This document shows positions 60,532-64,000 of a DNA stretch of 64,000 nucleotides, piece after piece. The position numbers were made by a program, and so were the translations under genes. The stretch is from Salinispira sp. (GTDB lineage Bacteria; Spirochaetota; Spirochaetia; DSM-27196; Salinispiraceae): the NCBI GenBank assembly GCA_965226555.1, contig CBDDDG010000002.1, forward strand, positions 1 to 64,000, given 5' to 3'. The notes below the pieces were generated by a model. That model was given only the letters and a program-made list of their open reading frames with translations. It did not search any database and was not told where the DNA came from. Numbering within the stretch: the first letter of the stretch is position 1; each line of letters begins with the position of its first letter.

Positions 60532-61545
60532 ATGAAAGTAGCAGTTTTTAGTACAAAGGCCTGGGTCAAAGAAGCATTTGACCGGGCAAATATGAGTAAA
60601 CATTTCAATTTACACTATCTTGAGGCAAAACTTGATAGTACTACCCTCTCCCTTGCGCGGGAACATGAGGCTGTGTGTGTATTTGTGAATGATATCCTCG
60701 ACACTCCAGTTATCAATGGGCTGGCAGAAGCCGGAATCCGTACAATTGCGCTGCGCTGCGCAGGGTTTAACAATGTCGATTTAAAACAGGCATATACGCG
60801 CGGCATACATGTTGTTCGGGTTCCCGCCTACAGCCCCTATGCGGTGGCGGAGCACGCGCTCGGTCTTATCCTTGCCCTCAATCGCCGGTATCATCGCGCC
60901 TATAACCGCGTTCGGGAAGGAAATTTCAGCATTGACGGACTCCTCGGTTACGACATTCACGGCAAAACAATTGGAGTTATCGGTACCGGAAAAATTGGGC
61001 AGGTTTTCTGCAGAATTATGAAGGGTTTCGGCGTCCGCATTCTCGCCTACGATGTTTTTCCCAACGAAGAACTGAAAAACGAAGGTGTTGAGTATGTTAC
61101 CCTGAAGAAACTCTATGCCAATGCAGATATCATCAGTCTTCACTGTCCTTTTAATCGCGAAACCTTTCATATGATCAACGATCATGCAATACAGGAAATG
61201 AAACCGGGCATGACCATTATCAATACCAGCAGGGGGCCGCTCATCGATTCTCTCGCTGTTATTAAGGGCTTAAAAAGCGGAAAAATCGGCTATTTGGGGC
61301 TCGATGTGTACGAAGAGGAGGCCGATCTTTTCTTTGAGGATCTTTCTGACCGGGTTATTCAGGACGATACCTTTGTGCGTCTCCAGACCTTCCCCAATGT
61401 GATCATTACTTCTCATCAGGCATTTTTTACCCGGGAAGCTGTGGATAACATTGCGAATACTACTCTCAAGAATCTACAGGATATTGCCCAAACAGGCACG
61501 AGCGAGAACGCTGTTCTTCCCGAGGGAGCCTATGCCGGCACATAA
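60532..61545 (+). CDS. ldhA: D-lactate / 2-hydroxyacid dehydrogenase
   Basis: RCAGFNNVD, VPAYSPYAVAEH, GTGKIG, LDVYEEE, HQAFFT. Confidence 0.9.
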   Translation: MKVAVFSTKAWVKEAFDRANMSKHFNLHYLEAKLDSTTLSLAREHEAVCVFVNDILDTPVINGLAEAGIRTIALRCAGFNNVDLKQAYTRGIHVVRVPAYSPYAVAEHALGLILALNRRYHRAYNRVREGNFSIDGLLGYDIHGKTIGVIGTGKIGQVFCRIMKGFGVRILAYDVFPNEELKNEGVEYVTLKKLYANADIISLHCPFNRETFHMINDHAIQEMKPGMTIINTSRGPLIDSLAVIKGLKSGKIGYLGLDVYEEEADLFFEDLSDRVIQDDTFVRLQTFPNVIITSHQAFFTREAVDNIANTTLKNLQDIAQTGTSENAVLPEGAYAGT

Positions 61546-61558
61546 CAGAGAGGCGCCT

Positions 61559-62170
61559 ATGAACAGCCCAAAGAACGATTCAAAGAACAGCCGCAAGAAT
61601 AGTCCGAAAAACAGCAATTTTTCCAAAATAAATTCCAACATAAGTATGTATCCCTATAATGATTGTTTTCCTGAAATTGCCGACACGGTATTCCTTGCGG
61701 ACGGTGTGCGAATTATCGGCGATGTTAAAATCGAAACGGACTGCGGAATCTGGTACAATACCGTTATCCGCGGCGATGTTCATTACATACGAATTGCCGA
61801 GCGGACGAACATTCAGGATAACTGCCTCCTTCACGTTACCCACGATACTGCGCCTCTTCTCGTTGGGAGGGGGGTTACGGTTGGTCATCAGGCAATTTTG
61901 CATAGCTGCACGGTTGGCGATTACAGCCTCATCGGCATGGGGGCTATTGTGCTCGATAAGGCCGTTATTGAGGAATACTCATTTGTTGCCGCTGGAGCTG
62001 TTGTCAAACCCGGCTTTGTCGTCCCATCCGGCACACTGGCTGCCGGCATTCCTGCCCGTATTGTGCGTGATCTCCGCCCTGAAGAGATGGAAGACCTCCC
62101 CGCAAGCGCCGATCGTTATTTTGACTATGCCGCTCTTTCACGACGTGGTATGGGCGGGCAGACCACATAA
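61559..62170 (+). CDS. Gamma carbonic anhydrase family protein
   Basis: IRGDV, TNIQD..LH, TVGH..LH hexapeptide repeats. Confidence 0.92.
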   Translation: MNSPKNDSKNSRKNSPKNSNFSKINSNISMYPYNDCFPEIADTVFLADGVRIIGDVKIETDCGIWYNTVIRGDVHYIRIAERTNIQDNCLLHVTHDTAPLLVGRGVTVGHQAILHSCTVGDYSLIGMGAIVLDKAVIEEYSFVAAGAVVKPGFVVPSGTLAAGIPARIVRDLRPEEMEDLPASADRYFDYAALSRRGMGGQTT

Positions 62171-62220
62171 TTTTTGCTGCGCCTGTGGGATTATCGCCGG
62201 AAAATTCCAGATAATGACGA

Positions 62221-62973
62221 TTAAAAATCCGTTGAAAAAACAGTTTTATTGCCTGCAGAGTTAAATTCTACTAATTTATTCCAATTTATGGTGCCATTAG
62301 TCAGGCAAAAATGGTTTGTGAATTCCTTGGTAAACAAATTAATCATTGCTGCATATAATTTTTGAAAATCATCATTTCTTTCCTTTGCCTTATAACCTAA
62401 GGGCTGAATAATTTTTGTATATAAATTCTCATCTCCTGAAATAAATTCCCAAAATTGTTGTCCGCAGAATTTGTAGTAGTCTCCTTTGTCAGGACGGTTA
62501 TCTTTTCCGTAGCAACATCCATTTACGGGCTTTATATACAATTTTGAGTTACCTGTACGCAAGGTTCTTATTGCAGTCGTAAAATCGGACTTCATTTTAG
62601 CGATCTGACTGCTGTTTCCCCAGTTAGGACCAGATTTAATAGCCACAATGTAGCGAATTTTATCTTTCTCAAATTCAAGATCAATGCCTGTTATTCCCGA
62701 TTTCCATCCTTCATAAACCTTCTTATTAATAAAGATAGCGAGTCCTTCAAGCCAGTCGCCAAATATTGTTTCTTCATTTGAAGAAAGGAAAGCGTCTGAA
62801 ATGCTTCTGATAATTTGCTCAGCAGTAAGCAAATATTTAGCCCTGAAAAGATACGGATTTTTTTTGCTTAATACAGTTTGAAGACGTAAGGATTGAAGTC
62901 GGGCCACTCGTTTGTCGTGAAACCTCCCTATGTTTTCTTCAACGTACTGCAACACATCATCAATTTTTAACAC
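62221..62973 (-). CDS. Putative type II restriction endonuclease (PmeII-like)
   Basis: KNPYLF, ET.FG..LE, GIDLEF..IKSGPNWGN; overlaps the methyltransferase gene. Confidence 0.75.
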   Translation of the reverse strand: MLKIDDVLQYVEENIGRFHDKRVARLQSLRLQTVLSKKNPYLFRAKYLLTAEQIIRSISDAFLSSNEETIFGDWLEGLAIFINKKVYEGWKSGITGIDLEFEKDKIRYIVAIKSGPNWGNSSQIAKMKSDFTTAIRTLRTGNSKLYIKPVNGCCYGKDNRPDKGDYYKFCGQQFWEFISGDENLYTKIIQPLGYKAKERNDDFQKLYAAMINLFTKEFTNHFCLTNGTINWNKLVEFNSAGNKTVFSTDF

Positions 62974-63874
62974 TATTGAAAATCTCCGCTGGCTTTTCGA
63001 AAAGATATAATTCCACAGACTCCGTCTTATTTCTCACCATTTTATAATATTCCGGCACAATGTCAATTCCAACTGAATGCCTGAGCATTTTGCCGGCAGC
63101 AATATTTGTTGTACCGCTGCCCATAAAGGGGTCAAGCACCGTATCGTATTCCTTTGTAAAAAGTTTAATAAACCACCGCGGCAGTTCTTCTGGAAAGGCT
63201 GCGCTGTGGTTTTTGTTGGCGCACTCTGTTGCAAGGTGAAGTACGTTTGCGGGATATGCCATGTCTCTTGTGAGCCAGTTGGAAATGTTTTTTCCAAACC
63301 CGCTTCCGACATGGGATTCATCCCGAATTTTGTCGGTGGCACTCAGATTTTTCAGCCGGTTTTTTGCCCAGGCGCCCATTGGAACCATGACTGCTTCCTG
63401 ATACATGTTGAATTTTTTTGATTTATTAAACTGCAGAAGCCGTTCCCATGCATCCCGAAATCGATTGGGCCACTTTCCGGGATAACAGTTTTTCTTGTGC
63501 CATATAAATTCCTCAGTCCAGAGCCACCCCTGTTTTTTCATTTCGAGAATCAGTTCTATGACATAGGTACTGCGCTCTCCGTTTGTAACTTTTTCTTTAA
63601 TATTTAATACAAACGTTCCCGTTGGTTTCAAAACCCGTAAAAATTGCTCTGTTTTCGGCAGGAACCACTCAACATATTTTGCCGGATGAATACCGCCATA
63701 TGTCTTTTTTCTCTGGTCGGCATAAGGAGGCGATGTAAAAATAAGGTCAATACTGTTTGCGGGAATACTCTTTAATATTTCACCGCAATCGCCAAGAAAA
63801 CAGTCTGTTCTGATTTCAGGGCTTGTTTGTCCCTGAAAATTCTGATTGGGCGCTTGAATACCATCGGCTTTCAT
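62960..63874 (-). CDS. Beta-class DNA methyltransferase (likely N4-cytosine)
   Basis: TSPPY precedes DPFMGSGTT. Confidence 0.92.
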   Translation of the reverse strand: MKADGIQAPNQNFQGQTSPEIRTDCFLGDCGEILKSIPANSIDLIFTSPPYADQRKKTYGGIHPAKYVEWFLPKTEQFLRVLKPTGTFVLNIKEKVTNGERSTYVIELILEMKKQGWLWTEEFIWHKKNCYPGKWPNRFRDAWERLLQFNKSKKFNMYQEAVMVPMGAWAKNRLKNLSATDKIRDESHVGSGFGKNISNWLTRDMAYPANVLHLATECANKNHSAAFPEELPRWFIKLFTKEYDTVLDPFMGSGTTNIAAGKMLRHSVGIDIVPEYYKMVRNKTESVELYLFEKPAEIFNSVKN

Positions 63875-64000
63875 AAAGATAATGTAGCATCTGTTCGTAC
63901 CGATGGCAATAAAACACCGTCCTTATTGCGCGGCCTTACTGACAACAGAAAAAAGCGCCTCTCATTGAATTCGCCCGTTGGGGAAGTTCTGGAAATTTTC

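Noticed and set aside
1..64000. Complete DGR, retron, rRNA or tRNA genes
   Set aside because: No reverse transcriptase motifs and no recognisable RNA gene seen by eye

Overview
Bacterial chromosome segment, most likely a spirochaete (Spirochaetaceae-like; inferred from the gene order mraZ-rsmH-ftsL-murF-mraY-ftsW-ftsQ-ftsA-ftsZ-xerD ... TPR-dprA-xerC-hslV-hslU and the many lipoproteins). Housekeeping genes alternate with accessory blocks. These include three fibronectin-III surface lipoprotein genes, each followed by a disrupted Rpn/YhgA-like PD-(D/E)XK nuclease gene, plus an IS481 and an IS5 element, an FG-GAP repeat lipoprotein with a start-less downstream repeat block, an AT-rich TIGR04255-led three-gene operon and a type II R-M pair. 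The most striking structure is a family of short, modular, non-coding palindromic elements (103 bp and 129-130 bp units plus solo hairpins). They insert without target duplication, nest inside each other's hairpin loops and occupy the same conserved codons in divergent Rpn paralogues, while the C-terminal RpnS-like segment is retained. All product calls come from motif recognition by eye, not database searches.
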